A stretch of DNA of 64,000 bases from Patellaria atrata CBS 101060 (Eukaryota), in the NCBI GenBank assembly GCA_010093705.1, contig MU006099.1, forward strand, positions 744,001 through 808,000, read 5' to 3'. The notes under the pieces are model-generated. The model was not told the origin of the DNA, made no database searches, and worked only from the letters and a program-made list of their open reading frames with translations. Numbering within the stretch: position 1 is the first letter of the stretch; each line of letters begins with the position of its first letter. Shown here piece by piece: positions 36,017 to 49,395 of the stretch. The position numbers and the translations under genes are program-made.

Positions 36017-38280
36017 ATAGGCGCAGGGATAGTAACAAACCTTTCTCTTTGTATGATACTATGATGCATAGCGCCGGTGGAATATGGCGAACGGAGTTGA
36101 AGGCGGTTGAGCATTTGTCGGCGCCTGGGAGGTTTTAGATAGTCTACAATATCAGAATGATCAACTAATCATTCGTACACGAATTCTCCTCCTTTTCTCG
36201 TCTGTGCCCTGTGCCTCTATATGATAACGCCCTGTCTTACTGTACATTATATATAAACGAAGAATTTTGGCCTAGCTGTACAGATGAGAGAGCGACCAGA
36301 CATTGGGGTCTTATATGTCTTTATCTATACAGCAACCGTACCACGGCTATGAAATACCATCTCTACTAAGGAGTAGCTATTCTACAATGTGTCATTTCTG
36401 GTGTTCATTCCATCGATTAGCAATGTATTCTACCTAGCTGTACGTTCACCGGTACGGAAGAGCTCTTTTTAGTTGTGCTGTACAGTACAGAACATCTAAG
36501 GACACTGTACGGTCCGCATCTAAGCGTACAACAAGCGCATAGTAACTCTGTAATCCAATCGTCCCCAAAAGTGAGATATCATACAAAACATACAATGGTC
36601 CTTGGCGTGTAAGCATGCCTTCCCCCCCTTTCCGCGTCTATCACGGGCGCTTAGGAATGTCCGGAAACTCGTACAGTCTCAGGGCCGCGCCTGCCCAAAC
36701 TTCTCAAACTCGAGCCACGATACCCAAAATCCTGAGTCCCCGTATGTCAGCGCCGTAAACGTCCCGGTAGAAAGTTTCCAAACAAGGTCGTTCGGACTTC
36801 GTCTCGCCTCACGGACCGTTACACCAATTCTCCGGTTCCAGGTCCCGAGCGTGCCGTCCCGAAACCCCATTGTCGCGGAGTGCAGTACAGACACGCACAT
36901 ACTCGGTCGAGGGAATAGGTAACATAGTACAGTACGAGTCCGTCGAAGGGGGGGGGACGTTCTTTTGTAATACTGTACCTCTCCCTGAGTAAAATGTTTC
37001 CCTGGGCTAAGGAAAAGCTAAGTGGCTCGGCTTCTCGTGGCTGAGAGGGAGGCGAGGTGGGAAGACGGGAATGTCGGGCTGAGCCACGGGCGGTACCGGC
37101 GCGTGCGGGAAGCCACAACGTGGGGGGCCGGGAGGGAGAGGGAAGAGCACCGCCCCACCACTACCCTACCGTAAGCCATCCCGTCGGGGGTGGAGCTTTC
37201 AGGTTGCTTTTGTAAGGTAATGTTGGTTCACCGTTGTTACCTTTATGGTTCGCCGGTAGTTTGTCTTGGGAAGGCAGAGTGATACGACGGGATTCGAGCT
37301 ATTGTTTAGAAGAAGACAAAAATTTATGCTCCTTATGGTTCTATTCCATACTTGCAGAAGCTCTCTCTCGCAACGATTTTCCCATAATCCGATTCGGAGA
37401 CGCTAGAATAACAGAGAACATTTCATTGATCTATCTACTTGTATGAGTCATGCTGTTATAAAAAAGTGTGATAAATTAGTTCATTTCCTAGACTGTAGTA
37501 TATCTCCGGTATCCATTTCTGGCGAGTTTAGAGATCGGGACTCAGTAATTTATCCCCCTAAGGTACCTTTGAGTGTTCAATTCTAGAATCTCTATAGTAG
37601 GTAATAGATATTGATGCCTTCTACCCCGAACCTGCCGAGAGAAATTGTCCAGTCAGACATGCATACTGCAGTTGGCCCCTTTACCCGATTCCCTTTAATC
37701 CCCATTTTCCTGCCAAAGGTAAGTCCCGCAAATGGTCAATTGAACAATGAAAGATTGCAAGGTTCATAGTGGATAGAAATGATCGATTACGATAGAAAGC
37801 TAGGCTAAACTTCTTATTATCCAAAGCTCAAAATCCAAAAGCTAACAACCGTTTCATTATGTCCTCCTCGTGATACCAACATGTCAATCCCAAAAGCTTC
37901 AAACGCGCGTTCGGTGCGTATCATTTCCTCCTGGATCCCGGACAGCTGCAAAGTGAATCAAGCAAAACCAATTACCCCAGAGCACCATGAAAAGTCTCCT
38001 CTTTTGGGTCAAATGATGTGCCTACAAGGACCTGCGCTTTTGCCGATTAAATTCCAAACCCCCTTCAACTCTCACGGTGACAAGTCAATTAAGCATGTAT
38101 CTCGTAGAGGAGGGTCTCGTATGACGATGATGACTCTTCGAAAGCGAGTCGGAGTCCCACGATTCAGAAATCCGTGCGCCATAAAGCGACATGCGATGGA
38201 GATAGCGAGCCGCAAATAAGGCAGATTCACGTAAAAGTATTCGAATAGACCAAAAAAAAAAAACAACTCCTTTAATCAAT

Positions 38281-38976
38281 TCACACGTAGTATCCCGAGC
38301 GGCGGTTCTCGAGAATGTCACGGCGAGTTGGCTCTCGGACCTCAACCTTGTACTTGGGGTATGCTCGGCGTTGTTCAGCGATGTCGGACTCGTAGAGCGA
38401 GCCGCGCTTGGACTTTGAGACTTGGACAACGGTGGAGCGCTCAGTGGTCGGCCAGTCAACGATTTCAGTGGTGCGGCGGGATAGCTTCGAGATTTGGTCA
38501 AGCTTGACAGAGCAGGAACGTTCGAGACGCGGCTCACGCTCATCGATCTGGTAAGTTCTGCCCTGGGAGACGAAGGGGTCCTTGCGGCGACGAAGACTGC
38601 GTTCAATGGCCCTTAGTAGTCCTCGCGTTTGGACGTAGTCGGCTGGCATCTCGATGCGAACGAGTTTGTTGTCCTTTCCGGTGTAGCTGTAGGTGGTGCC
38701 GTCTTGTTCGCTGTAGAGATAGCGGGAGACCTCTTGGGCGAGCTTCTGACCGGTCTCGCAGAGCTTGTTGCCGGATCGATGAACTTCATATGGATTGCAA
38801 CACTTCCGGCAGACTTGAGCGTGGGTTTCGAAGTCATACATCGCCCAGGCTTCGGTATTGTTGAGTGGACGCATGATGCTAGTGACGGGGGAGGAAGCGA
38901 ATTCCACCTTGGGCACTACGGCCTTCTTGTGGTGGATGACGGTAGGCATGGTGGAGTGTCGTAGGAGAGAAGGCAT
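38281..38976 (-). CDS. Fungal hypothetical protein with H/C-rich motif (231 aa)
   Basis: ATG-initiated single ORF with a HAQVCRKCCNPY......LC putative metal-binding motif. Confidence 0.75.
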   Translation of the reverse strand: MPSLLRHSTMPTVIHHKKAVVPKVEFASSPVTSIMRPLNNTEAWAMYDFETHAQVCRKCCNPYEVHRSGNKLCETGQKLAQEVSRYLYSEQDGTTYSYTGKDNKLVRIEMPADYVQTRGLLRAIERSLRRRKDPFVSQGRTYQIDEREPRLERSCSVKLDQISKLSRRTTEIVDWPTTERSTVVQVSKSKRGSLYESDIAEQRRAYPKYKVEVREPTRRDILENRRSGYYV

Positions 38977-39960
38977 GTTGGTATACTTTAGGATTGGCTT
39001 GTACGGGGAAGCCGTCGTAGGTATGGGGGTTGTTGGTAGTATAACAATGTTTCCAATCTGCCGTTCGGAGTGTACGGGGCACAGTGGTAGAGAAAAGGAT
39101 TTGTGTAGACTAGTAATCTTGGGTTGTTTGAATAGAGCAAAGGATTCATGAGATGGTGGGTGGGGAGAAGTGAAGTCTTATAAGTTTTATGTGGCATCGA
39201 CAAATGTAGGTGCCTGAAGCTCAGATGTGTCTGGTGAAAGCATCGAAACCAAAACCAGGACCCCTGTACGCCCCCAGACCAGGTGCTGCGCATGACGATA
39301 GTGAACGGTGGGAACGAAACAGACAAGAAACGAAATGCTTATACTTGTACTTGCATTTTGAGTCGTCGAGTCACCGGGCTCACGCATGTCTGAAAAGATT
39401 ATTGGTCGATCAGCGGGAGGGGAGAAGGGGTTGTGTGTTAGTTCTACAAAGTACACAGTAGGTTGGCGAAGCTCGTAGGATAGAACTACCGCCTTTGAAA
39501 ATGAGCCACTGATTGTAACAAAATCGGCGTGAACGTGAGATTACATGCGCGAAAGCCACGATCAGAGCCATTCATCTTTGCTCTGACCAGCACGATCGGA
39601 AACCAGAAGCGCGGGAAACGTTACACACCTTAGACACTCGAGCGCCAAACCGGCCCCTTGAAGAGTGACTGCGCCTTCGTGCGGCGTGTAGTTTTAGGGG
39701 AACGTGTGGCCGTGACAGAGAGTTGACAGTTTGGGAAAGACGGTGTCGAAATCACAGAAAGTTGGGTGTTTCCTTGGTGATTCAGTTAATCAACGAGGGT
39801 GAGATGGGTGTGGCAGAACTACTCCGTACTACTGTGTGCCGCCCTCGCGATGAGAATTTCGAAAGAAAAAGAAAAACGAATAATCATCGACTGATTTGGG
39901 TAAGGTAACTCCCAAAAGGGGTCATACTTGGTATTGTACGAGTACTGTAAGCGAGGAATA

Positions 39961-40018
39961 ACCCCCTTGGACCCCCTTGTGGACCCCCCTGTGGACCCCC
40001 TTGGAGACCCCCTTGGAA
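39961..40018. repeat. Tandem 10-12 bp repeat x5, each unit containing CCCCT (STRE-like)
   Basis: acccccttgg acccccttgtgg acccccctgtgg acccccttggag acccccttggaa. Confidence 0.85.
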
Positions 40019-41845
40019 TCCCGTCAACAAGCGCGCTCGACTCTCTGTAATCTCTGTAATCTCGTAATCTTTCCAAGTCTCCACCGCTGCTTTCAGGATG
40101 TTAACACTGCCAAAACACTGCCAAAACACTGCCTCCTTCGCGCCCTCTAGGGCTGCAGTTCAAGACTCAAGACTTCAAATGGCATATCCATCAAGACAAA
40201 CGCGTGTAATTCCCATCTCATCTACCTCCATTCAAGACCGACTGATTCGATCGCGGTCGAGGTCTTTCACAACGGCCGGCGTCAAGACGTTTGTCTGTCT
40301 TGAACTACGCGGCAGTGCTCTTGAACAGCCTTTCGTTCTCGTGTTTCGAAAGAAGTATTTTTATTTTCGCAACTCCGAAATCGATCAGTCTCCCCTGGAG
40401 CTTGCAGCCTGAATGCCAGAGAGGTTGTTTGCTCCAAACTGTAGCTTAACTAACAGTAGTTTGGCAAGCCATGGGTCGATTGAGGATTTTCGCTTCTCCC
40501 CTTCTGCGCATGCCGCTCCGCGCAACGCTTCCCGGCTGTTGTCGTCCGGGTTCACGAGGACAATGATTACAGTGATCGATGAGTCTTCTCGCTGCCTTAG
40601 CCAAACGGTGATCTGCCTCCAAGAGCTCCCGAATTGGCTTCACCGGATTGGCTACCTTGTCGATTATTGCGCAACCATCACAGATCCGCTCAAGGCTCCC
40701 ACCAGTTCCACCACCACCACCAGCTGAAAGAGCTGCAAGGCCTCCCAAAGTCAGAATCTTATCTGGCTAACGTTCTACCAAAAATTCATTACGAAGCACA
40801 GTGAAGCCACACTTTCGACACAATCCTGTGCTCCGAGACAGGTCAAGAATTCGCTCTTTTGGGCCTTGGGTCTCATCATAGCACAGTTGAGTCACCAAGT
40901 CTAGACGGCAGATACTTTCAAGGCGTAGAGATGATTATGATGACTCTAATAACCACAAGAGTGCGGGGAAATCATGTCAAATTCTTCGATTGGGAGCTTT
41001 CTCATCGGTAGAGTACGACAATCGATCCGCACCGTCGTCCGTATACCGCCCTTATCCTCAATTCTTTCGAAAGTCGTCGTTTCTAAGACTTGCATGTTGA
41101 CAATACAATCTCAACTTGAAAAATTCATCGCCCTTCTTGGCAAGAGCCATTGGAAAATCTCTCCGATGTATGTTCTGGCACATGATAATCTGATCACTCC
41201 ACCGATCATTATCGTTCTCCATGCTGTCAAACCTTTTATGCCTCTTTGCGTTGTTTCCTCTACCCTCCCTTTTCCCCATCAGAAGAAGGGAATGGTGGCC
41301 AATTCGAGAGATGCAAACCGCAGTCGCTAAGTTTTAGTTGCCTGATAATACCATCCCTAAGAGGGCGTGCAGGATGCAAAGATCCTTGCCGTCTCCCCAA
41401 TCGGTTGATTTCCTAACTGGTTCTTTGCCACTGCTGTCTGGGTCAAAGGAGCCGTTGCATCCGACCTTCAAACTCGGCGACTAGGCCTTAACCGGTAGTC
41501 TTGTTAAAGACCGTATACAGTCATATCTAGCTATAACCGCGGAAACGGATACCTCGAGAACTCTCGAACGCTCGAACGTTGGGCTATAGCGGGTAAACTC
41601 TGAACTCGAGACCTCAAGTATGACTGTTACTCAATTGAACTAATTGTGGTATCTATGGATCGTCGCTTTGGACTTGCAGCAAGTTGTCTGTTTCGGTCTT
41701 GGTCAACCGACAACTTCCTTCAGTACCAATGTCCAACTTCATATGGTATCGAATTACTATATCCTTCCCGAGACCTAACACTCTTAACTTAGTTTACGGT
41801 TGCTGTGGAAAAGCACCATCTGACTACGGTACACGTAATGGACTA

Positions 41846-41891
41846 AGCTGTACAAACGACGACGAGCTGTACAAACGACGACGAGCTGTAC
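41846..41891. repeat. Perfect 19-bp tandem duplication (x2.4)
   Basis: AGCTGTACAAACGACGACG occurs twice, followed by AGCTGTAC. Confidence 0.9.
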
Positions 41892-42702
41892 TGTACAAAG
41901 GTTTAAGCCGTACAGAGTACATATCTTGAGGAGTTATCGATACGTCAGATCCAGTGTTACTCCGATGATTACGCAGAGACCAAGTAGTGCCAGTCGTAGG
42001 AAAGAAAGAAATCACCTTAGCAACGCACAATACTCTCGGTCCGCAATCACCGAAACTCACTCCTTATTCGATAGTATGAGCACCGTTGTGCTACCCGCAT
42101 GGTTATCTGAAATTGTCTGAAATGGCTTTAGGTAAGAATAGATGATTGCAAGTTCAAGCGTCTTAATTACTATTGCACGTCCTCCTGATATGAGTTTCGG
42201 AGCATCTATCCGCGCCCATTTTCGTTATCCTCATAGATACATGTGGTTAGCTCTATGATCACATCCACCGAGTAGTTAGATCACAACTCTCCTATTGTTG
42301 ACTACTTTACTTATGTGAAATGCCCTTTGATTTATTCAGGGTTCAGCACTATTCGGTCACTGTACGCGTGGTATGCGCACAGTATAATACTACAAGTCTG
42401 TTGGATTTCAGAATTTCGTTGGTCTACATACCTAGGCCGCAAATATCCTCGTTAGGCGCGAGCAGCGAAGCAATGTGTGTTCATTCCGAAAATAGGGGTA
42501 GGGGCTTTCCTCCTCTATAATTTTGCGATTTATCTTCATATACGTGTGCTAATCATGAAAGAGTACTTGGTAAGAGGTAATTGGTAATAGAATTGACATA
42601 TTTATATCATAGAAGACTCCAGGTGTTAAGAGGACGATGTACCTTCTATCCAGAGGGAAAGGAACGATCATTTACAAAATAGGAGAACTCTATACGCTTT
42701 GA

Positions 42703-44447
42703 TCATCCTTCCAAAGACGCTCTGAACGATGTCCAATCACTCATTCGTTTGCCCCCTTCGAAATGCTCGGCAATGTGCTCACATCGTTCCGGCCAGGTCG
42801 CCAATGAGAATTTGCAGAATCCACACCATAAGTCCCTCTGCTTGACTTCGCTAGGCGACGAATCCGTTTTCCATGTGTCAAGAAACTTGCGACCCTTGCA
42901 CTCTATGAATGGCCCTGCAACTTCAATTTCCTTGAAGTGGACGTTAATATAGTGTTGCCAGAAATGGTCTCGCCTGCGAAAGGTTCGATCATGTGGGGCT
43001 TTATCCTCACAGGCTTTGATATTGTGTTTCTGAAGATGGCTTTCATCAGGATCCTCGATACCGCAGAATACGCATCTGTTACCAACCAGTGGTGAGTTGT
43101 AAAGCATACATGTCCAGTGTTTCCCGTACGGAACATGGGTCAGTTCGTGCCGTTTCCATTCGGACTTCTGTTTGATCTCCTTCCCCTTCTCACAAAACGT
43201 GCAAGAGTAAAAAATTTCCTCGCTGCGCGTTTCGGAGCTGAATAGAGTTACTGGATCGTCGGTTGGAGATGCGGTAGCGATTTCTGTACGATACCGACTC
43301 TTACCTCTGCGGCGCATAGGGCCAGGCCGTGGCTGCATGCCACCCTTCATTGACCATAATGGCTGGTTCGTTTGCAGGTCTGGGTCTAGATTTTCTTTTT
43401 CACTTAGAAAATATACAGAAAAAAGCACTGGTGAATATTATTTACCTGGTACAATGTTCTGCGTCCGTAATTTGACGAGGTAATTGTTTATGGTCGCCTT
43501 ACTTAGACTTGTCTTTGCTATTAAAGACACCAGACTTCCATTGTTGAGATATGGCCAGTGTTTATTATCCCAGAACCACCTATCGAGGAAATCTTTTGCT
43601 GAAGGATCAATCCGAGGACGTCTGCACGGGTGCGTCCCATTCGTACGTCTTGAAGGAGTTGATGAAGAAACTGAGTTTGGGACGGAAGAGTTTGGGTTGT
43701 GAGAATTGTCCGCGTCGGAGTGAATGGTTCGAAGAGTACTTTCAGAGACGGCTTCTTCTACCTGTATTCCTTGTTTACTCCATATGAACAAATCCTCCTC
43801 TTGCTCAAAGGGAACTGCTGGAAAGCCCTCAATGACTTCTCCTTGATCTGTTTCTAGGATGTTTGGAACTAAGGGTTGACTGCTGAAGCCCGTATCTGTA
43901 GCACATGATTGTCAGTATCAATCGATACCCGTGCTTGCCTAGGGGCAGAAGGTGAATGATTTCGGATGAGCATTTTGGCGTCGAACTATATTTAGGAAAA
44001 TCGACTGGGAAGTGATTGAACGTGACCAGGTTTCAGAGGATAATGATAAGATCAACGCTCATAGGGGGAAGAAAAGTCAATCTCCCATTCTTAGGCTGAA
44101 CTCTAAAACAATTGCCCGTGGGGGTCATAAATACCTGATGTAGGAAGGGTCTCATGCTGACCGATACCACTCCCATCAATAGGGCCGTATACCTCGTCGC
44201 TGCTCGGATATCCATATTGATTCTGAAACTGGTAGGCAGCAAGTTGGTTCCACGGACCTTGAACGCTACAGGGCCAAAAATTGTCAATCTGTGCAAGTTG
44301 TTGACTAGTGGTGGCTAAGATATCATCGAGGGAGGAGTCGAAGGGCTCGATTGGAGAAAATTCACCAGGTACATCATGGGTTTCAAAACGCCCATGATTA
44401 ATTTCATGGGCATCACCAATGTTCATAAGATCATAGTTGGCTTCCAT
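42703..44447 (-). CDS. Homeobox + C2H2 zinc-finger transcription factor (3 exons)
   Basis: Homeodomain-like RRPRI....KDFLDRWFWDNKHWPY. Fingers YSCTFC..EWKRHELTH, CVFCG..H, TFRRRDHFWQHYINVH and WCGFC..WPERCEHIAEHF. Phase-1 introns at about 44134-43896 and 43445-43387. Confidence 0.85.
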
Positions 44448-46030
44448 GTCGAGGGAAAAGGCTGTTCAACTAGATGTCATCTTTCTGGCGGTCACCCGCT
44501 CCGTTCCCTTTTATTCCTTATTAGTGTACAAGGCGCTACCATAGCCACGATTTACAGGGCAAAGATTAAGATCTTGCTTTTATTTAGAAGGCATTAATAC
44601 CAGATCTCTTTCTTTCGAGCAATCACCAGGATATGGCAAAAGGACACGAGGCTCTACATCAACCCATATATCTTTGGCGGACTCTGGGTCCACTTCTGGT
44701 TTGATCTGTATGTCTTACTACGCTGTAGCTTTGCCATTGCTATTACTTTCACCATATAGAGTTTCCATCTTCTCGGTCTCTTACTGTTTTCGAGTCATGC
44801 TCCTCTCCGTCAAATGTCACTTCAATGACAGATGTGATTGGAATGCATGAGAGTTGAGTGAACATAATATTTCCTCTGATCTCTGATAGAAAGTCGGAAA
44901 GGATGGCAACGCACACTTATATACTCACCTCTGGGGCCAGAGGTGGTAAACCTCACCAGTGCTTCACCGGATGTTCACCGGACGTTCGTCGGATCCAGGA
45001 TAGGAAGTTCGAATATGCCTTGTATATCAACTTTTACTAGCCGTGTCCGATTGATTTAGAAGGCATTCAACCAGCATCCGCCCTTCCATACGGACCACTC
45101 TTTTTAGAATATCGCCTCAACGAGTTGGTTTTGCCTATTATCGCCTTGTGAATCAAGATACTGATCCGTATGAAGTAACGGAACGTTGCCGATGGCAGTG
45201 CTGGACCTCGTTCACGGCTTGCAACCTTGCCATCCATTGCCCTCAGTAAATAAGGGGGTAGTGTCATGTTTGCCTTGACGCCGCCATAAAGTCATAACCG
45301 GTGAATGTGATCTGAAATATTGTATCTGGGTCAGGATATGCGTTAAATCTCGGTGTTGTTCTTAGGTCTATGGAAGTGATGTAGCTCCCAGCTGTGTGGT
45401 ACAGTACACCCCTTTCATATGATTGGTCAACAGTAGCCTCATAAATTAGCTCGCCCAGCCTTGCATGTTGTTGATAGTATTAGTATTATTGTCAGGTGAA
45501 ATAGCCGAACTGGACTTTGTTCAATTGACCATTAGATGAATATACTTTTGGGATGACATGATGAGGTAGGAGTGGGACGTGAGATCTTTTTAAAAGAAGA
45601 ATATTCCCTTCACGCATAGCAGAATGGAGAATGCAATTGTACTGTGGTAGGAGCGTAATCTGAACTTGGGAAGCGGAAAGAGGAAATTCTTCGGACAGGT
45701 TTCTAGAAAGGAATTCACCGGCGACTCTTGACGCCCTATTATATGCAAGAAGTAATGGAATTCAACATTATCATCACCATATTTACCACCTGACAGATTA
45801 CACCCATATAATCCTCCTCCGTCTCTTCCAATGAGAGCTTTTGAGCGGGTGGTTCTTGTACTGTACATGTCATGTACACGCATGGGGCCACGTCCAACAC
45901 CGGCTCATTAAGGATTCTCCACCTTTGTACAGTCCAGTCTGAGCTCAACATCATCCACCAGCACAGCAGGGCGAGTTGTGCAATTCAAGGGTCCAGATAC
46001 CTTGAACCCCCTTTCCGCCTTTTCTCTTGT

Positions 46031-48658
46031 TTAATATTCTTCAGGCAAACCCATTTCGCCGAAATCGCCCCAGTCGTCACTGCACTTAAACGACCTCTCA
46101 TAGGCCAACTTGGGTAAAATGCCCGCCTCCAGACCCCTCCTATAGCTCCAGTGGACCGCCTTCTCCGTCTCCCATGTCCAGTAGAACCAGCCCCAGCCCT
46201 TCTCAAAGCTTTCCATCTGACCCTGGGCAAAATAAAGCAACCACTTCTTGTACGCATCGCTGTAGTCCGCCGGATCAGCGTTCGCAGGCCCGCAGTCGCA
46301 TTTGGGATCATTCTTCGTCGGACAGGTCGGAGATAGTACTGACGTCGACTTATTCCCCGTATTCAACGTGCCCTCCCAGCGGTTGCCGCGACCGACGTTG
46401 TTGAGGTTCGGCGCGCAATCCGTGTCGGCCTGGGACCACTCGCCACACATCGTCGGACCGAAGCCGGTAGCCGTGTTTTGAGATCGCAAAGTTTGTGCCG
46501 TCCAGCCCTTGCAGGCAAAGGTCAACTTTTCGTCGTGCTCCAGTGCGATCTGATCGACATTAAAAATAACATATTGGTGTACATCAAGGAGAAGGTTTTG
46601 GTGATCTTGTAGCTTGCCTTGCCATTTGTCAAGGCCCATGAAGCCGTCGCCAAAGACAATGACAGCGGTGATACCGTTGTTCCGAACGAGGTTGATTGCT
46701 TTGTCATACCAGTTTAGCACGCTTTCTGTGTTGAGATCGACCATTCGTGGTTCGTTGACAAGGCCGTACATCGTGACTAGTTTTTTGTAGCGCGGCTGTG
46801 CGAAGAAGGTGCTTAATTGGTCATGGATGTCAAGACTTCGTTGTGCGTTTAGATCTCCATCCGTCCCATTCAGCCAGCCTATTACACCTTGTCTACCGCT
46901 GTGGTTCCATCCATTTTGAGATCCAGGAAGCCCATGGACGTCGAGATTGACGCGTAGTCCATTCTGGCGAGCATACTCAATCCCGCGAAGTAAATATCTC
47001 CATGAAATCTTTGGAACATAAGGATCCCCAGGATATGTAGTGATGGCCCAGTAATTGAACGGTATGCGAACATGGTCGAAGCCTGCAGCTCTGATATCGG
47101 CGAACGTCTTCTTAGTGATGAACGTCGAGTAGTGCTTTTCGAGCTTTTGTGCTGCTTTTGTGGGCCCAAGTTTCTTGGTGAGCGTCCACTCGTCGATTAC
47201 ATCGCGAGAATTGTAATCGGCGAAGAAAGACGGTGTTATGAAAGGCTCTAAATTTAGCCATCCGCCGACATTCATGCCTCGGATAGGCATGGCACCGTAC
47301 TTGAACTCATCTTTGATCTTGGGAACGTTCGGATTCGCGCGAACATCATCATTCCACGTAGAGTTGAGTCCCATGAGGCTGAGACCACCGATCGTTTCAT
47401 CAGTGTATGTGAGATTGAAATCGGTCGTATCATACCACGTGAATGGATCTAGTAGTCCACCTTTCGCAGAAGCTGGGATATCGGATTCGGAGATGTTATT
47501 GAGGTTGTCGTTATTTGGGGAATCTGTGTTGTTGACCTCATCATCTGCACTGCTTCCTCCTTTCTTTGAGACGACAATGCCGACAGGAATAGCAATGATG
47601 AGTATTATCACAGTAATGGTGACCCCAATCCATATCGTCTTTTTTCTTCTTCTCAGGAAGCTTTCTTCGCTACTCGTGGTACTTCCCTTTCCGCCACCGC
47701 GGTGGAATCCGAATTTCTGTTCCCAGATCTCGTCCTTTTCCTCTTTCTCATTACCCCCTTCCTCCAGCAGGGGACCACTGACAACCCTCCTCTTCCTCTC
47801 TTCGTGTCGCCGCCGTCTCTTCTCTTCTTTCTCTTCCTGTATAAATCTCCTCCTCTCTTCTTCTTCTCTCTCAAACTTATGTCTCTCCTTTTCTTGTATG
47901 TATCGCCTCTTCCTCTCCTCCCTTTCGTCTTCCGTATATTTATTTCTTCTTTTTTCATTCTCTCCATCAGTAAAGCCCCTCCGCTCGATTTCATGGGTAT
48001 CGGGATCGACAATTTTAGACCTCCTCGTTCGCTCTCTACTACTTCGATACCCTTCTTTGCTCTCCCTCCTTTCTCTTCGCTCCCTCTCCTTGTCCTCACG
48101 GACCTTTCCCCTCTCAACCTCTCTCCTCTCTCTTTCCCTTACCTCCTCCCTTACCTCTCTCTCTCGCGTATCAAATGCCTTCCAACCCTTTGGTGTCCGC
48201 TCATTGATCTCGTTCAACCGCGCCAAGCTATCCAAACTCAAGGGTGTAGCTGAACTCGATGTCTCCCCTCCTCTGCTCTTCCTTTCTCTCCTTTCTTCTC
48301 TGTCTCTTCTCTCCTTTTCCTCGAAATCCCTTTTTCTTGTCGGAGTGACTCGAATGCCATCGTCTCCACTCTCCCTCCTGCGTCCTGGAGTAAGCCTTAC
48401 CCCATCATCGTCTGCCCTTCTCCTCACCGGGACAACTCTAATCCCATCATCGCCTCCACGACTCCTTCTCCGGTCTCTTGCATGCCTCTGGGTTCTCTCC
48501 GTCGGGCTTTCGGACTCCGACTCCTCCCGTGGCCGTGGGAGTAGCTCCCCCTGACTGTCGGTAACTCGGTGCCCGGGTTTCCGCCGCCTCTGCTCGCGAT
48601 TGCGATCACGGTTGCGGTCACGGTAAGGGTCTCGGGGAGAGGAGGGATCGTGGGGCAT
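46031..48658 (-). CDS. exgD: GH5 membrane-anchored exo-beta-1,3-glucanase (glucan 1,3-beta-glucosidase D-like)
   Basis: 875-aa ORF with an R/E-rich cytosolic N-terminus and a TM helix (IWIGVTITVIILIIAIPVGIVV). GH5 motifs RGMNVGGWLNLEPFITP, HVRIP, GSQNGWNHSG, catalytic NEP and GEW. Confidence 0.92.
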   Translation of the reverse strand: MPHDPSSPRDPYRDRNRDRNREQRRRKPGHRVTDSQGELLPRPREESESESPTERTQRHARDRRRSRGGDDGIRVVPVRRRADDDGVRLTPGRRRESGDDGIRVTPTRKRDFEEKERRDREERRERKSRGGETSSSATPLSLDSLARLNEINERTPKGWKAFDTREREVREEVRERERREVERGKVREDKERERRERRESKEGYRSSRERTRRSKIVDPDTHEIERRGFTDGENEKRRNKYTEDEREERKRRYIQEKERHKFEREEEERRRFIQEEKEEKRRRRHEERKRRVVSGPLLEEGGNEKEEKDEIWEQKFGFHRGGGKGSTTSSEESFLRRRKKTIWIGVTITVIILIIAIPVGIVVSKKGGSSADDEVNNTDSPNNDNLNNISESDIPASAKGGLLDPFTWYDTTDFNLTYTDETIGGLSLMGLNSTWNDDVRANPNVPKIKDEFKYGAMPIRGMNVGGWLNLEPFITPSFFADYNSRDVIDEWTLTKKLGPTKAAQKLEKHYSTFITKKTFADIRAAGFDHVRIPFNYWAITTYPGDPYVPKISWRYLLRGIEYARQNGLRVNLDVHGLPGSQNGWNHSGRQGVIGWLNGTDGDLNAQRSLDIHDQLSTFFAQPRYKKLVTMYGLVNEPRMVDLNTESVLNWYDKAINLVRNNGITAVIVFGDGFMGLDKWQGKLQDHQNLLLDVHQYVIFNVDQIALEHDEKLTFACKGWTAQTLRSQNTATGFGPTMCGEWSQADTDCAPNLNNVGRGNRWEGTLNTGNKSTSVLSPTCPTKNDPKCDCGPANADPADYSDAYKKWLLYFAQGQMESFEKGWGWFYWTWETEKAVHWSYRRGLEAGILPKLAYERSFKCSDDWGDFGEMGLPEEY

Positions 48659-49395
48659 TCGTTCGGAGAAATTGATGGCTGATCGAGGGGAGATATTGCG
48701 TTGGGATAGAGGAAGCTTGGATAAGTGTCTTGTGGAGACGAGCGGGAGCTACGGTGCGGTCGAAGAGGGGATGAATGTGGTCGTTTTGTGTTAAAACTCG
48801 AGATGGATCGCTTCCACTGAGGTGTGTGTATTATGGTACCGGAATGTGTGGTGTAATTGCGATCGAATATCAGAAAAATATACGCTTTAAAGGAAGGGGA
48901 GCGGATTCAATTTCACAATAATAAACAATGCCATTGCCGGCGGTTGTCGCAAAACCTCATTTCCAAGATCTTGGGCTTGGCAATGTTGTTATTTTGCCTA
49001 ATAGAGTTAAGCGTATATCGAGCTCGGTCGCGTTTAATGACGTGGATACCATCTTATTTGAACATTCAAGAATGAAAACTTCATGCAATTATAAGATGAT
49101 TATAACGGAACTTAGAACGCGTCTATACGGAATTCCGCTTCGCTCTTGTGCGATGGATATCAGGGTATAAACTAAAACGCAAATCTCCTCCACCAGTGGT
49201 CTTCCTTGCCGGCGACGGCAAATCCAAGTCGACTTGAGTTTCCTCTATTCATTCCAACACAGTTGCCGACGCTAATTGTAGATGAGATGGCCGCCAAAAT
49301 ACTGTAGTACATGTTGCATCATTATGCTGACCGGTCGAGCGGATTCACTGGCAATCCGAGCCGCTACAAGGAGTCAAGGAAACGGGTCCACCTAT

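Noticed and set aside
47238..48554. 438-aa plus-strand ORF (S/L/F-rich)
   Set aside because: Antisense shadow of the purine-rich R/E low-complexity N-terminus of exgD, with no independent domain.
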